This document shows, piece by piece, positions 1 to 11,552 of a stretch of 64,000 bases of DNA. The stretch comes from Heteronotia binoei. Lineage: Eukaryota. Where the stretch lies: the NCBI RefSeq assembly GCF_032191835.1, contig NC_083224.1:150350001-150414000 (forward strand), given 5' to 3'. The notes beneath the pieces were generated by a model. The model was not told the origin of the DNA. It did not search any database and was given only the letters and a program-made list of their open reading frames with translations. Position numbers and translations under genes: made by a program. The first letter of the stretch is position 1; every line of letters starts with the position of its first letter.

Positions 1-441
1 ACTTCCTGTGACGTCCCCAAAAATCCCCCAAATATCACCGCCGGAAACACCAAGATTATTTATAGAGAGGGAAAGGGGGAAATAAAGTTAAATAAAACTC
101 TTTTTTTACTTTTTTCAAAGTGAGAAGACTAGAGAGAACGGGTTCCACGCTGAGAAGCCAGTCAGATTCCAGTGAGATTCCAGTGAGACTATGCTGCATA
201 ATGCAGCCTATTTATTTTGTCCTGTTTGCTCTGTTGGCTCTATCTGCGCCACCTTCATCACTTTCGGGGTGTGGATCCCCCAGTGGGGTGGTCTCCCGAC
301 TCCCTCCACCGGCTGTTTCTGATAGCCCTGCGCCCCCTCTTACATTTGATATGTGTCCCGTGCGGGTGCCACCCTCCCGCCGGGAGATGCCGCAAAATGA
401 GCCCCCTTGAGGCTTATGGCGGCAGGACTCGGGGAAGCGAG

Positions 442-719
442 CTAGACTGCTGTTCTTTTGAGGGGTTATAGAGTGTTTCGAGCCCGTCCCTGTGGCATTG
501 GTCCCATCGTTGTGGGACCCAGGGGGCCAGCGCAGCGGCACGCCGAAGCAGCCTGTCACTAATAACACAGGTCGAGATGCAGGACAGGAACCCGGAAGTG
601 ACCGACAGGCTGCTTCAGCGTGCCGCTGCGCCGGCCCCCTGGGCCCCACAACAATGGGACCGATGCCACAGGGACGGGCTCAAAACACTCTATAACCCCT
701 CAAAAGAACAGCAGTCCAG
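442..719. repeat. Long inverted repeat (116-bp arms, 46-bp spacer), probably part of a larger CpG-rich repetitive element extending to the window start
   Basis: Arm 442-557 (ctagactgctgttc...gcagcctgtc) is the reverse complement of 604-719, with 7 mismatches by eye, all transitions. Confidence 0.92.
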
Positions 720-1473
720 GCTGATGCTGCTGGCGGCAGCTGCAGAGGCCGAGGAGGCGGCGGAGAGGCCGGCGCTGGTCTCTGGAGGGCCTCCAGGGAC
801 CCGCGCCGGCCTCTCCGTGGCCTCCGCTGGTCTCTGGAGGGCCTCCAGGGACCAGCGCCGGCCTCTCCGCGGCCCTCTGGAGGGCCTCCAGGGACCAGCG
901 CCGGCCTCTCCGCGGCCCTCTGGAGGGCCTCCAGGGACCAGCGCCGGCCTCTCCGCGGTTCCGCGGGCCTCTGGAGGCCCTCCAGGGACCAGCGGCGGCC
1001 TCTCCGCGGCCTCCGCGGGCCTCTGGAGGGCCTCCAGGGACCAGCGGCGGCCTCTCCGCGGCCTCCGCGGGCCTCTGGAGGCCCTCCAGGGACCAGCGGC
1101 GGCCTCTCCGCGGGCCTCTGGAGGCCCTCCAGGGACCAGCGGCGGCCTCTCCGCGGCCTCCGCGGGCCTCTGGAGGGCCTCCAGGGACCAGCGGCGGCCT
1201 CTCCCCGGCCTCCGCCACCGCGCCCCGCGCGCGGGCGGGGAAGGCGGCGAGTGAGGGAGCCAGCATCCCTGCGCATGCGCACACCGCCGTGCGCATGTGC
1301 AGGGACGCTGGATCCTTCACTCGCCGCCTTCCCCGCCCACACGCGCAGCCCGCCGGCTCCCCGCTGGCTATACCGGGACTTCTAATGGTCCCAGTATAGC
1401 CAGCCCGGGAGCCGGGAATTGGGGGCCAGAACCGGGAAAGTCCCTGGAGACCGGGACGGTCTGGCCACCCTAG
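720..1473 (-). mobile_element. hAT (Blackjack-like) non-autonomous element carrying an internal GC-rich minisatellite; left end not visible
   Basis: The right end reads TAGGGTGGCCAGACCGTCCCGG on the minus strand, resembling the TAGGGTGACCA termini of MER81/MER94-type elements (recalled). No matching left TIR was found. Confidence 0.6.
770..1215. repeat. GC-rich minisatellite, about 9 units of 42-53 bp
   Basis: Recurring core ctctggagggcctccagggaccagcg(c/g)cggcctctccgcgg. It explains the long low-complexity ORFs on both strands. Confidence 0.95.
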
Positions 1474-1503
1474 AGTCCACACATTTAACCACTACACCAA
1501 GCT
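1474..1503 (-). mobile_element. tRNA-derived SINE 5' head fragment
   Basis: Minus strand reads agcttggtgtagtggttaaatgtgtggactc (A-box-like head), cut off by the adjacent hAT element. Confidence 0.55.
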
Positions 1504-1626
1504 AATATAAATAAAGTGCACAGTTGTATCATCTCGTAACCATCACACACACACACACACCCGGTCCATGGAAAAATTGTCTTCCAGAAAACTGGTCCCT
1601 GGTGCCAAAAAGGTTGAAGACCGCTG
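1504..1626 (+). mobile_element. 3' end of a hAT-Charlie (MER1/Charlie3-like) element
   Basis: aataaagtgcaca...ccggtccatggaaaaattgtcttccagaaaactggtccctggtgccaaaaaggttgaagaccgctg closely matches my recollection of the MER1A/B 3' terminus. Confidence 0.7.
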
Positions 1627-1753
1627 CTATAAACCATGGTTCTTTCCCTTCATTGAGAACTAAAGAAAAAAATGAAGGGAAAGTCCTTTTTTTGTCAGCA
1701 TCACTTCAGATGGGGATTCAGGTTGCCAGGATGAGGGTGGGAACCAGACTCAC

Positions 1754-1918
1754 CAGTGAACAGAATTACACCATCGGTGACATATGAAGATATTTCCAGC
1801 ATGACCAGAAGTAACATCATTACATGCCCAGCAATGCTCAAGTATTCAGCAAAAATGTTATGCTTTACCATAGAATTTTGACTGAATGCTAGAGCATCAC
1901 CACTGATGTGCTGACACA
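1754..1918 (-). CDS. Candidate internal coding exon (165 bp, symmetric phase 1-1) of an unidentified gene
   Basis: Acceptor tttccAG, donor CTG|GTGAGT. Only one frame is open across the whole exon: xCQHISGDALAFSQNSMVKHNIFAEYLSIAGHVMMLLLVMLEISSYVTDGVILFTG. No partner exons established. Confidence 0.3.
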
Positions 1919-3964
1919 CTGGAAATTGCATCAGAGGCCAGTGATCACTCCACCCTCCATATTTCTCTTGCTGCCCAACAGAGCAGTGGCAAGAAAGGCT
2001 GGGAGGGGGGGAAAGGTGTGTCCCACCGGCAGCAGAAACCTGGTAGTGGTAATCCTTGTGGGGACTCAAGTGATTGAAAAATCACTTATGAAAAACCAGA
2101 TGAATAGTATCCTCTAGTCTTCTCCCCGGTGTGCCTTTTTATATGTAGGGAGGGTTCCCCACCCCCTTCATGTGGAGGATCATCCAGTTATCTTCAGTGG
2201 TACTCTCCAAATCAGTTTTTCTTCCTCAGTCACTGCTGTTTGTGAAAATTATGACAAAAGTTTAGGGACCGATTTATTTTACAATGAGCAAACTAAAAAC
2301 TTCTGTTAATGAACAGGAGAGGAGATAGAAAAGTAATAGATGACTGCAAAGGTCAGGCACTGAACACAGATGCCTTCTTCTGTGGGGAGAGGAACAATCT
2401 CAAATAATGAGCAGATGGATAGAGAGAGGGGCCCTTAATGAAATTCACAGGCACCCACCCTTTGAGTCCTACCATTCTGCCTCTGGCTTTCAAAAAATTG
2501 TAGCTCTAGGCAGATCTCACACAAGGTGGATGGATCAGGCAGCCCCCTGAAATTCAATCACACCAGGAGTGCATGGCTTTCTTTGAGCAGGACAGGATGG
2601 CAGAAAGTAGCCTACAATGTGAAGAATAATTCAATTCTGCACTTTAAGATGGCTGTTAAACACCATAGAATAGTGCGGGAAATATAGTATTATAGATTAA
2701 TAAAATAAACAGCTCACTTTTTACTATTGATCCTGCCTCAACCACTGAATGTTCATTTACAACTGTCATAGACCAAGTCTTAGAATGCTGCGTTCCTTGT
2801 GCAATTAAACTCTCTTTAAGTTAGTCCAGCTCTTACAGGCTGATTAAAATGTAGCTGTCATCCCAGCACTTTTCTGATGACAGCTTTTATATTTTTAAGC
2901 TTCTGCTAGTTGCATTCTCCTTCCATCATTGCTACTAATAACAGAGAGCTTTTGGGCACTCTAGTGCAGATTAACTCCTCCCTTACATGGCTCATTTTTC
3001 TAGGAATGACATATGTCACAAGGCATCTTGAATTCCCCAAACTCTCCTTTCTTTTCCCAGCCAGCAAATACATCTCTGTGCCCTTCTAGTCAACCTCCAA
3101 TCCCTGCTGGGATACAGAATTAATTTTCATCAAATCCATCTTCAGCGCCACTGGTGTAACTAACTATGCTTTCCCCCGTAAAGGTCATACCTCCTCAAAA
3201 ACAATCAGCTCATCTCTGATATGAAAAAAAAATCAGAATGACTTTTTAAAAAACGAACCTGTTTTTAATTTCAGGTTTCTAAGGATATCACCATATCTTC
3301 AAAAAGCCGGTTTCTCTTTTCTATCTAAATTAATCACTTGTCTGTCATTCGTCCAAGAGCAGACAAAATTTTATGAACATTCTGTGATTTGGATTCTACA
3401 TTGGTGTCTATTAATTTCCTGTCTACACATCATCTGGCACCTGGAGCTGAACATGCAGTGGTACAGTATTACTGATGAATTATGAAACTATCATATTTGG
3501 CAAACTAGATTTCTTATGTTTGGTGGAATCCCAAACTATGTTGACCACTGAAAGTCAGCAGACATAGGGAGAAACTGGTAGTCTTGATCAACAGTATATG
3601 GGGAAATCCTTCATGGAGTTTGTCAGTGAAGACAGACAAACCTAGGACATAAATATACACTTTCTGGTTTTCTAGACCAATGTATAATTTGAAGCTGAAT
3701 CACTGTGAAAATCACTGTGAAATAACAATGTTATTATTGTTTACACATCTCTCATATAACTTTTTTGTATTTCTTGTCTATGGTTTCCCAGTTTACTTTT
3801 GTTTTCTGACTCATCTAAGAATTAAGAGGAATTGAAAATATTGTAAAAATACGTAACAGAATTAAATCTTAGAGAAATCAAAGATCTGTAATATATTTCC
3901 TCAAAGCATTTTGAATGTACCCAGAGATCTCTGGAATACTTAGATACCGTATAGACATTAAACT

Positions 3965-4045
3965 AGCCCTGAGCCTGTTTCGGCGGGGAGAGCAGGATAT
4001 AAATTAAAAATTATTATTATTATTACTATTACTATTATTAATTAT
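3965..4045 (+). mobile_element. Extreme 3' tail of an L2-type LINE with (ATT)n tail
   Basis: gccctgagcctgtttcggcggggagagcaggatataaat followed by (att)n; same motif at 36350 and 41430 and related to the 3' end of the L2 at 46.5 kb. Confidence 0.6.
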
Positions 4046-4222
4046 TTTAATGACCCAGAGATCTTCTCATACAGATTTTTAAAAGCCCATTTACATTATA
4101 GTTCTCACTGTACTCTACATCTTTTTACATATTTTTGTACAGACTACTATAGCAAGCCCTTCAACCCTGCAGATTTTCCTAGTAAAGTACAGGTTTCCCC
4201 ACTAAGTTTTAACACTGTGACC

Positions 4223-4477
4223 GATTTTCCACTCAGCTTACACCACTCTCACATTCCTCTTCTCAGTGGGGCTTCCTTCCGATTTCACATTATCTGCCCC
4301 GGGTTGCAAGTAAGGCCGGCATTTTTGCATGGCAAACAGAAACTGGTTTTTAGAGGTTTCTGTTTGCTGCACAAAAATGCCAACATTACTTGTAGCCCCA
4401 GGGCAGGTAGTGTGAAATCAGAAGGAAGCCCCGCTGAGAAGAGGAACATGAGAGCGGCATAAGGTGAGTGGGAAATT
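4223..4477. mobile_element. Fold-back palindromic MITE-like element (about 255 bp)
   Basis: Arms of about 120 bp (ttttccactcagctta...gcaaacagaaac / gtttctgtttgc...taaggtgagtgggaaa) around a loop of about 10 nt. Confidence 0.85.
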
Positions 4478-6812
4478 GATGTGTATCTGCTGTACTGAAT
4501 TCTGAACCAGTGTTAGTAAAGTGCCTTGAGCCAACCCTTGTTACGTTCCTTTTATGATTTTTCTCTTGGACTACTGTAACGTGTAATACATGGGGCTGCC
4601 CATGTTTCTTCAGAAGCTTCAGTTGGTCTGGAATAAGACTGGAGACTAATTTCTAATATTAGAAGCTCCAAGAATTACCCATGTTTTCAAATTGTATTCA
4701 AGATGTGAATACTTATTCTTAAAGGAGCTCTATGAGATCATATTATTTAATGGACATTCGGCTCTTTCACACTGAGCTCTGGGATCCTTTTAATTCACTG
4801 CTCCCAGAATATGAGATTAGTGGCCAATGCAGAACGAACTTTCTTGGTAAAAGCCCTTGGACTTTAGAATCAAGTATCTTCTAAAATGCACCAGATTACG
4901 AATCTTGGACTTTTTAAGTGGGCTCTGATGACATCATGCTTTCTACAGGCCTTTTGCATTTCAAGTATTCTCTTTCTTGCCATTGATTCTATTGAATACA
5001 ACATTGTTTTGTTTATCTTTTTCCCGTGGAATTAGTTTCACTGACATTGCTTTCTGTTGTTCCCTATCTTTAAAATCACTGCATTCAAAAGGTGTGTTAT
5101 AGATTTGCTTAATAATTAAGTAATGATAAATATCAGTTGATCTCACTCATGAGGTAAGCAGCTTTGTGAAAGGGTGGGAAGGGATCTTTCATTATTTGCC
5201 TGTCATCAGGATTCTTTTTCATGTATTTACTTGGCTGGGGCAGGGTTGGTGTGTGAGAGAGTGCTTTTTTATTATATAGGCTTTATTTTTGTCCACTATT
5301 CCAGATCCCAAGGCTATCATATAATAAGATTTCAGATAAAGTTCAATCAGCCCCGAAGTTCCAAGATGAAAAACTAAAGCTGCTTGAAGAAAACCACACC
5401 TAAAGAAAATAAGGTTTAGAGTCATCAAACTGAGCCCATCAAGTTTTGGGGTAAGTCCTGTTAAATTCTGTGGGACTTCCTTAAAAGTAAACATCCATAT
5501 AAGTTGACTACATGGGTGCAGTCAGCCAACACTTTCAACTAGTCCTTTCAACATTTAGTGGACTGTCACCCCTGAATTATGTCCTGTAGAGCCACCAATT
5601 TCCTTAGGCAAAAAGCAAGATATTGGAACGGAAGGCACCATATTGGGGGGGGGGGGGTGAGTTTATAAAATGCTGTGGTTACTCAGTTTTGATGTGGCAG
5701 CTGTCTCTTTTGCTGTCTCTTTGGAATTAGTTTGTGTTTTGTAGCTGGACATTTTAAAGATGATAAATGAAGGGCATTTTTCTGTCACTGCTCAAAATGG
5801 GTTTGTGATGTTTCCTGTCTATTCTTAAGTCTCTTTGATGGTCAGCCTCCAAACAACTTATCTGTCTGATTTTCAAACTAAATGCTGCACTGCTCTAGCA
5901 CTTTTAAGATTCTTGACTTGGTTATTACTTTTGTCCAGCCTCCTAATGCATTTTGACTTCTTCACACCCTTCATACCATTTTCCTTGAGCAATATTTTAA
6001 CCATAGTTCATGGTGAGCCATTTCAAAGCTTCAGAACATTTGCAAAGGATGGCAGAGGAGCCATTGCTGTAAACACTTGGCAACTCAAATCTGCCAAGCA
6101 TGTAAAGGAGGTTTATATAAAAATATGAAGAAATGTTTATGCATTGTAAGGGTAATATTCACAGTCTCCTCTACCAAGTACATTGGGGGCAGCTCCAGTG
6201 AAGCCTGTAGTGATGACTGACTGTTGCAACCGGACTGAGAGGTATATAGATTCCATCAAAAACTCTGTGGAACCCAATGCTTGTACTTTATTTCTTTTAA
6301 TCTACAGAAATGATATTTGCATAGTAATAGTGTTTGTTCCTAAATGTGTATTCCTATCCAGATCTGTGGAGCTACAAGAAATCAGATTAAAAGGGCAAAC
6401 ACAGTGTTGCAGGCGTTGCCATGGAAATTTAACTATGTAGACATAATTCCAGTTTTTAAAAAATCCACAATGTCAGATATTATCCACAGCCTCCTAGAAA
6501 TCATGCCATTGTTTAGTAATTTAAGATGTAATGCCTGCTCAGAAAATTCCAAGACTCACTAAATCTTGGGTTATTTATTTCCTGTTACACAAATCTTTCC
6601 TTATATAAATACTTCAACGTATCTTTTGTACTCTGAAGAAATTCTTCTCCTTCTGCCTCTCTTCTGTGCTGTACACCAGTATTTTTTTTATCTACATTCT
6701 GCATTGACTTGTCTGCTGTGGTACAAGTGCATGCATACCTTGGAGAAGATTCTGGGGCATGTCCCTGGGTGCACACACTCAGTTATTACTCTCCTGACAG
6801 CGGAGAATAAAG

Positions 6813-7453
6813 TAGGCTTGCCAATTCCCAGGTCCCAGTGGGGGTTCCTCCGCTTTCCCAGGCTCCTTCCCACCCCCAGAGGACCATGTGCCTTTCTACC
6901 TCCGGAGGCTTCAGTCTCCGATTGAAAGGCTTCCTCTCGGAATGGTGTGTCTGTGTTACTTTGAAGAAGTTGGCAGCAACTTGTGAGTAGAGAGGCCAAT
7001 CCCTCGCTTCAGAGTCACCAGGAAGTGGGGGCGGGGAGAGACATCTGCAGTGCACTTCATTATTCCCTATGTGGAGATCGATTCTCATAAGGTATAATGG
7101 GGAATTGATCTGGAGGTTTCGGGGGCTCTAGGGGAGCTGTGTTTTGATGTAGAGGCACCAATTTCTCAGTATAGTATCTAGTGCCTCTCCCCAAAGTACC
7201 CCCCAAGTTTCAAAACGATTGGACCAGGCAGTCCAATTATATGAGCCCCAAAAGAAGGTGCCCCTATCCTTCATTATTTCCTATGGAAGGAAGACATTTT
7301 AAAAAGTGTGTTGTCCCTTTAAATGTGATGGCCAGAACTCCCTTGGACTTCAATTATGCTTGTCACACCCTTGTTCCTGGCTCCGCCCCCAATGTCTCCT
7401 GGCTCCACCCCCAAAGTCCCCAGATATTTATTGAATTGGACTTCGCAACCCAA
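6813..7453 (+). mobile_element. hAT Blackjack-like MITE (TAGGGTTGCCA-type TIRs), long variant
   Basis: Starts taggcttgcca, ends cgcaacccaa. Its 3' part is about 90% similar to 7860-8176 and to the inverted copy at 13112. Confidence 0.75.
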
Positions 7454-7454
7454 T

Positions 7455-7647
7455 CATGTGCCTCCTCCTGTGATCAACTTGTATATTTGTAAATAAAGTA
7501 CTATTAAAATACCATGAGCTGAGTGCTTCTTCCTCCAAAAGGGATCGTAAATATTGTTCCTGAAACCTCTGACAGGGCGAGTGAAGCACAGGTACTACTA
7601 TAACAATGCATGAAAAATAAAATGATGATTCTGCCTTCTATCACTCA
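7455..7647 (+). repeat. 193-bp direct duplicate (copy 1) of 8695-8887
   Basis: Base-by-base comparison gives 4 mismatches in 193 bp. Confidence 0.95.
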
Positions 7648-7650
7648 CCC

Positions 7651-8176
7651 TAGGGTTGCCAATCCCCAGGAGGGGGCAGGGGATCCCCCGGTTTGGAGAC
7701 CCTTCCCCCACTTCAGGGTCGTCAGAAAGCGGGGGGGAGGGGAGGGAAATATCTGCTTGGAACTCATTCCCTATGGAGATTTATTCCCATAGAAAATCAT
7801 GGAGAATTGATCCGTGGGTATCTGGGGCTCTGGGGGGGCTGTTTTCTGGGATAGAGGCACCAAATTTTCAGTATAGCATCTAGTGCCTCTCCCCAAAATA
7901 CCCCCCAAGTTTCAAAAAGATTGGACCAGGGGGTCCAATTATATAAGCTCCAAAAGAAGGTGCCCCTATCCTTCATTATTTCCTATGGAAGGAAGGAATT
8001 TAAAAGATGTGCCGTCCCTTTAAATGTGATGGCCAGAACTCCCTTGGAGTTCATTTATGCTTGTCACACCCTTGCTCCTGGCTTCACCCCTAATGTCTCC
8101 TGGCTCCACCTCCAAAGTCTCCTGGCTCCACCCCCAAAGTCCCCAGATATTTCTTGAATTGGACTTGGCAACCCTA
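7651..8176 (+). mobile_element. hAT Blackjack-like MITE
   Basis: TIRs tagggttgcca ... tggcaacccta; body shared with the 6813 and 13112 copies. No TSD match. Confidence 0.8.
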
Positions 8177-8694
8177 GTTGTTCATTATTAGTTTTTCTAC
8201 ACTTTTTAAGGACAGCAGTCCATGCAGCCCAGTCTCTGCATGTTTACTCCATTTACCCATTGAATTAAACAGTCAAGAATACGTACATTTAGGATTTCAA
8301 ATATAATTTATTTAATCAGTAGATTAATCAACTAGATCTATAGTTGACTAACCAGTGACGGGCTTTTGTGAGCATTTTTTATACCAGTGTGTTTCTATTG
8401 TTATGAGCTTGCATTCTGATCACTGTGGATTTGTCTTGCTACGTGACAAAAGAATAAGATTTATTAATTATTGGGGGCATTTTCACAATTGACTTTACTT
8501 GTTGGAAGATGGCTGTTGCCATCTGCCCAGCTGAACAGAGGAAACTGAGGGATATCTGTGAGAAAACAGTTTTAAATGCTGGGAGAGACAGAGAAAGAAG
8601 CAGAATGACAGTGCTGCAAGTTAGCTGAAGGGTGCAGGATATCTCTAGCAGGTTGTTACGGTTGCACAGTTGCCTTGTAGGCATGCTGACTTCA

Positions 8695-8887
8695 CATGTG
8701 CCTCCTCCTGTGATCAACTTGTATATTTGTAATTAAAGTACTATTAAAATACCATGAGCTGAGTGCTCCTTCCTCCAAAAGGGATCGTAAATATTGTTCC
8801 TGAAACCTCTGATAGGGCGAGTGAAGCACAGGTACTACTATAACAATGCATGAAAAATGAAATGATGATTCTGCCTTCTATCACTCA
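8695..8887 (+). repeat. 193-bp direct duplicate (copy 2) of 7455-7647
   Basis: catgtgcctcctcctgtgatc...ccttctatcactca, 98% identical to copy 1. Confidence 0.95.
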
Positions 8888-10129
8888 TCGGGTAATATGA
8901 AAATACATTTAAATGAAACTGATTTAATGAACCAATTAAAAGGCAGGCATCAACTAAAATTATTTAACTGACATCTACTGTGGGTATTAGAATTGCCTCC
9001 AGTTCCTCATTCCTGGGCCTTAATTGTTGGAATACCTTTGTAAACCACCAAAACATTCAACAGGTCTAGTGCTGGTTTACTGCAAAAGGTTAACAGCTTT
9101 CTCACATACTTTGTTCCTTATTATGTGTATTGCTAAATGATATATCTCTTAAGAAGAGCATGATGCTTCAACATTTTTTTCTTTGACCTTCAGCATTTCA
9201 ATTATTTTTCATCCTTTTGGGAAATCTGGTTCCTTCATTCATCTTTCTACCATGCCAAGTCTTGTTCTTGTGCTATAATAATAGGTGCAATATCCCCCAT
9301 GAAAAAAATTAAGTATGCTACACATTGTTAGATATCATTCTAGTTGATTGTTTGCCTTTTAATTGATTAATTAAATCAATATGGTTAATTTAAATGTATT
9401 TCTATATTAATTACTTGACATCAGAAGGTACAGCCCCCTTTTTATTTTTTAGTCTTGATTACAGAAACACTTAGGAGTGAGCAAAGATTAAGTTGTTACT
9501 ATGTGTATGATGATACTCCAAAAGAAGAACTAAATTACAGCAATGTATTAATATATTGTAATGATCCTTCTGTTTTTGTGATATAAGGCATTCTGGCCTT
9601 TTCATCAAACAAAAAGGAGCAATCCATTGCTATATCATTCAGACTTTATCCAAAGTTTAGCAGCACCTGAAATGAAAAGGTCTTGACTTTGATTGGATCA
9701 TGCACTAAGTGTTGCAGTGCTACATTCCAAGAGCTATCTCCAACAAAGAGTTTTCCATCTACAAGGCAAGTTTTTTAGAATGACTTTCCCACTGATGTAT
9801 GAGGCATAGATGAAAAATTCACAACTTTCAGATAATCCCAGAAAACAAAGCACAAACACTGTCCATATGACAGTGACGTTGCCTTGTACCAAATCAGACT
9901 ATTGATCAATCTAACTCAATATCATTTATATCAATATCATCTATAAGGAGCCCTTCAACACAGAAAGGTGTTTCTTAGCATATGCTACCCTGTATTTAGA
10001 AATGCCAGGGACTGAATCTGGGATGCAATGCACAGTCTCTTCTCTCTCCACTGAACTGTGTTTCCAATTCCACCCATCCTTAATCACAAAGTTTCATAGG
10101 ATAACTTTGCATCAGGCCTCTATATGGAT

Positions 10130-10400
10130 TCTGTTAGTAGTGGTATTGTTAGCTCCGCTCACAACCTGAGTTCGATCCCCGGGGAAGCTGGGTTCAGGTT
10201 GCCAGCTCAAGATTGACTCAACCTTCCCTCCTTCCAAGGTCAGTAAAATGAGTACCCAGTTTGCTGGGGAGGGGGAGTGTAAATGACTGGGAAATGCAAT
10301 GGCAAACCACCCCGTAAAAAAGACTGCCATGAAAACATCATGATGTGATGTCACCCCAGAGTCAGAAACAACTGGTGCTTGCACAGGGGACTACCTTTAT
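10130..10400 (+). mobile_element. Sauria SINE (Squam1-type)
   Basis: B-box-like gagttcgatccc, central gactcaaccttccctccttccaaggtcagtaaaatgagtaccc block, and RTE/BovB-like tail ggcaaaccacc...gccatgaaaac. Confidence 0.75.
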
Positions 10401-10476
10401 GTTTTTAGTAGTGGGTAGGATTCCTAGACCTGCAGCTTCCCAAACTCTTAGATTCATGGGATAGGGACTGGTATGT

Positions 10477-11176
10477 TAGGGTTGCCAACCTCCAGGTGAA
10501 GCCTTGAATGCTTCCTAAATTATAACTGATCTCTGGAATACGGAGGTCAATTCTCCTGCAGGAGGTGGCAGTTTTGCAGGGTAGACTCTAAGACAGGGGT
10601 GTCAAACATGCAGCCCGGGGGCCAAATCAGGCCCCCAGAGGGCTCCCAAGCAAATGGCTGTCGTCTGCTTCCTTCTCTCTCTCTTGCTTCCTTCTGCATA
10701 ACTGCTTGCTTTGCAAGGCTTGCTCAGTCACATAGGAGCTACAGAGGCAAGTCCCTCTTCCTTCTATTGACTGAGGCTCCTCCCCCCTAGTCTCCTGGGT
10801 AAGGAAGGAAAGAGCCAGAGCTTCCTTTGCCTAGTTTCCTGAATCCCATGGAAGAAATACAAAGAAACCACCTTTAAGACCAACAAGTGCTAACGTTTTA
10901 AGCATGTTTTAAGGTTGTTGTTTTTAAATTTGTGTGTGTGTGCGTCCTTTATAAAGTTTACATCTCTGCTACCAAATCTTAAATAGCCTGGCCTGACGTG
11001 GCTTGGCCCAACAAGGTCTCATTTATGTCAGTCCGGCCCTCATAACAAATGAGTCTGACACCCCTGCTTTAAGACACTGCTGCTCTGATAAGCTATTTCC
11101 CCTCCCCAAATTCCACCCTTCCTAGGGTCCACACCCAAATCTCCCAAAAATTCCCAGCCCAGAGTTAACAACACTA
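10477..11176 (+). mobile_element. Short Blackjack-like MITE split by a younger hAT insertion
   Basis: tagggttgccaacctccagg head; the body resumes after 11074 and matches uninterrupted copies at 11872, 24119 and 43190. Confidence 0.7.
10594..11066 (+). mobile_element. hAT (Charlie-like) MITE with 8-bp TSD
   Basis: TIRs caggggtgtcaaac / gtctgacacccctg; TSD ctctaaga (10586-10593) / ctttaaga (11067-11074). Confidence 0.9.
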
Positions 11177-11435
11177 GTCATGGGGGCTGGTGATGGCACA
11201 ATGAATAGTGACTGTACACAAGGCAGTGTTCAAAATGGTAGCTCAGAGTGTGCTCAATCATGTGTACTATTAATCACACACACAAAAATTAGAACCATGG
11301 AACTTAACCATGCGCTAAACATAAAATGTTGGTGACAAATAATTGCCTCCCAACTTCAGTCTACCTGTACATTAGTTAACTACAAGCATGTCTGGACAGA
11401 AATTTTAGAAGAAGCTGTGAGTTGGGTAGTGGTTT

Positions 11436-11552
11436 CAGGGCTTTTTTGCAGAAAAAGTCCAACAGGAGTTCAATTGCATATTAGGCTACACACCCCGAAA
11501 CCAAGCCAACCAGAATGGCATTCCTATGTATTCCTGCTCAAAAAAAGCCATG
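11436..11552. mobile_element. Small MITE with cagggctttttt-type TIRs
   Basis: cagggcttttttg ... aaaaaaagccatg; same terminal family as 26368, 50887, 54753 and 61473. Confidence 0.65.

Noticed and set aside
770-1215. CRISPR-like array
   Set aside because: Units are contiguous with no unique spacers, there are no cas genes, and the context is eukaryotic.
577-1482. Three long overlapping ORFs (225, 220 and 260 aa)
   Set aside because: They result from a stop-poor GC minisatellite that is open in several frames on both strands; the products are repetitive with no domain.
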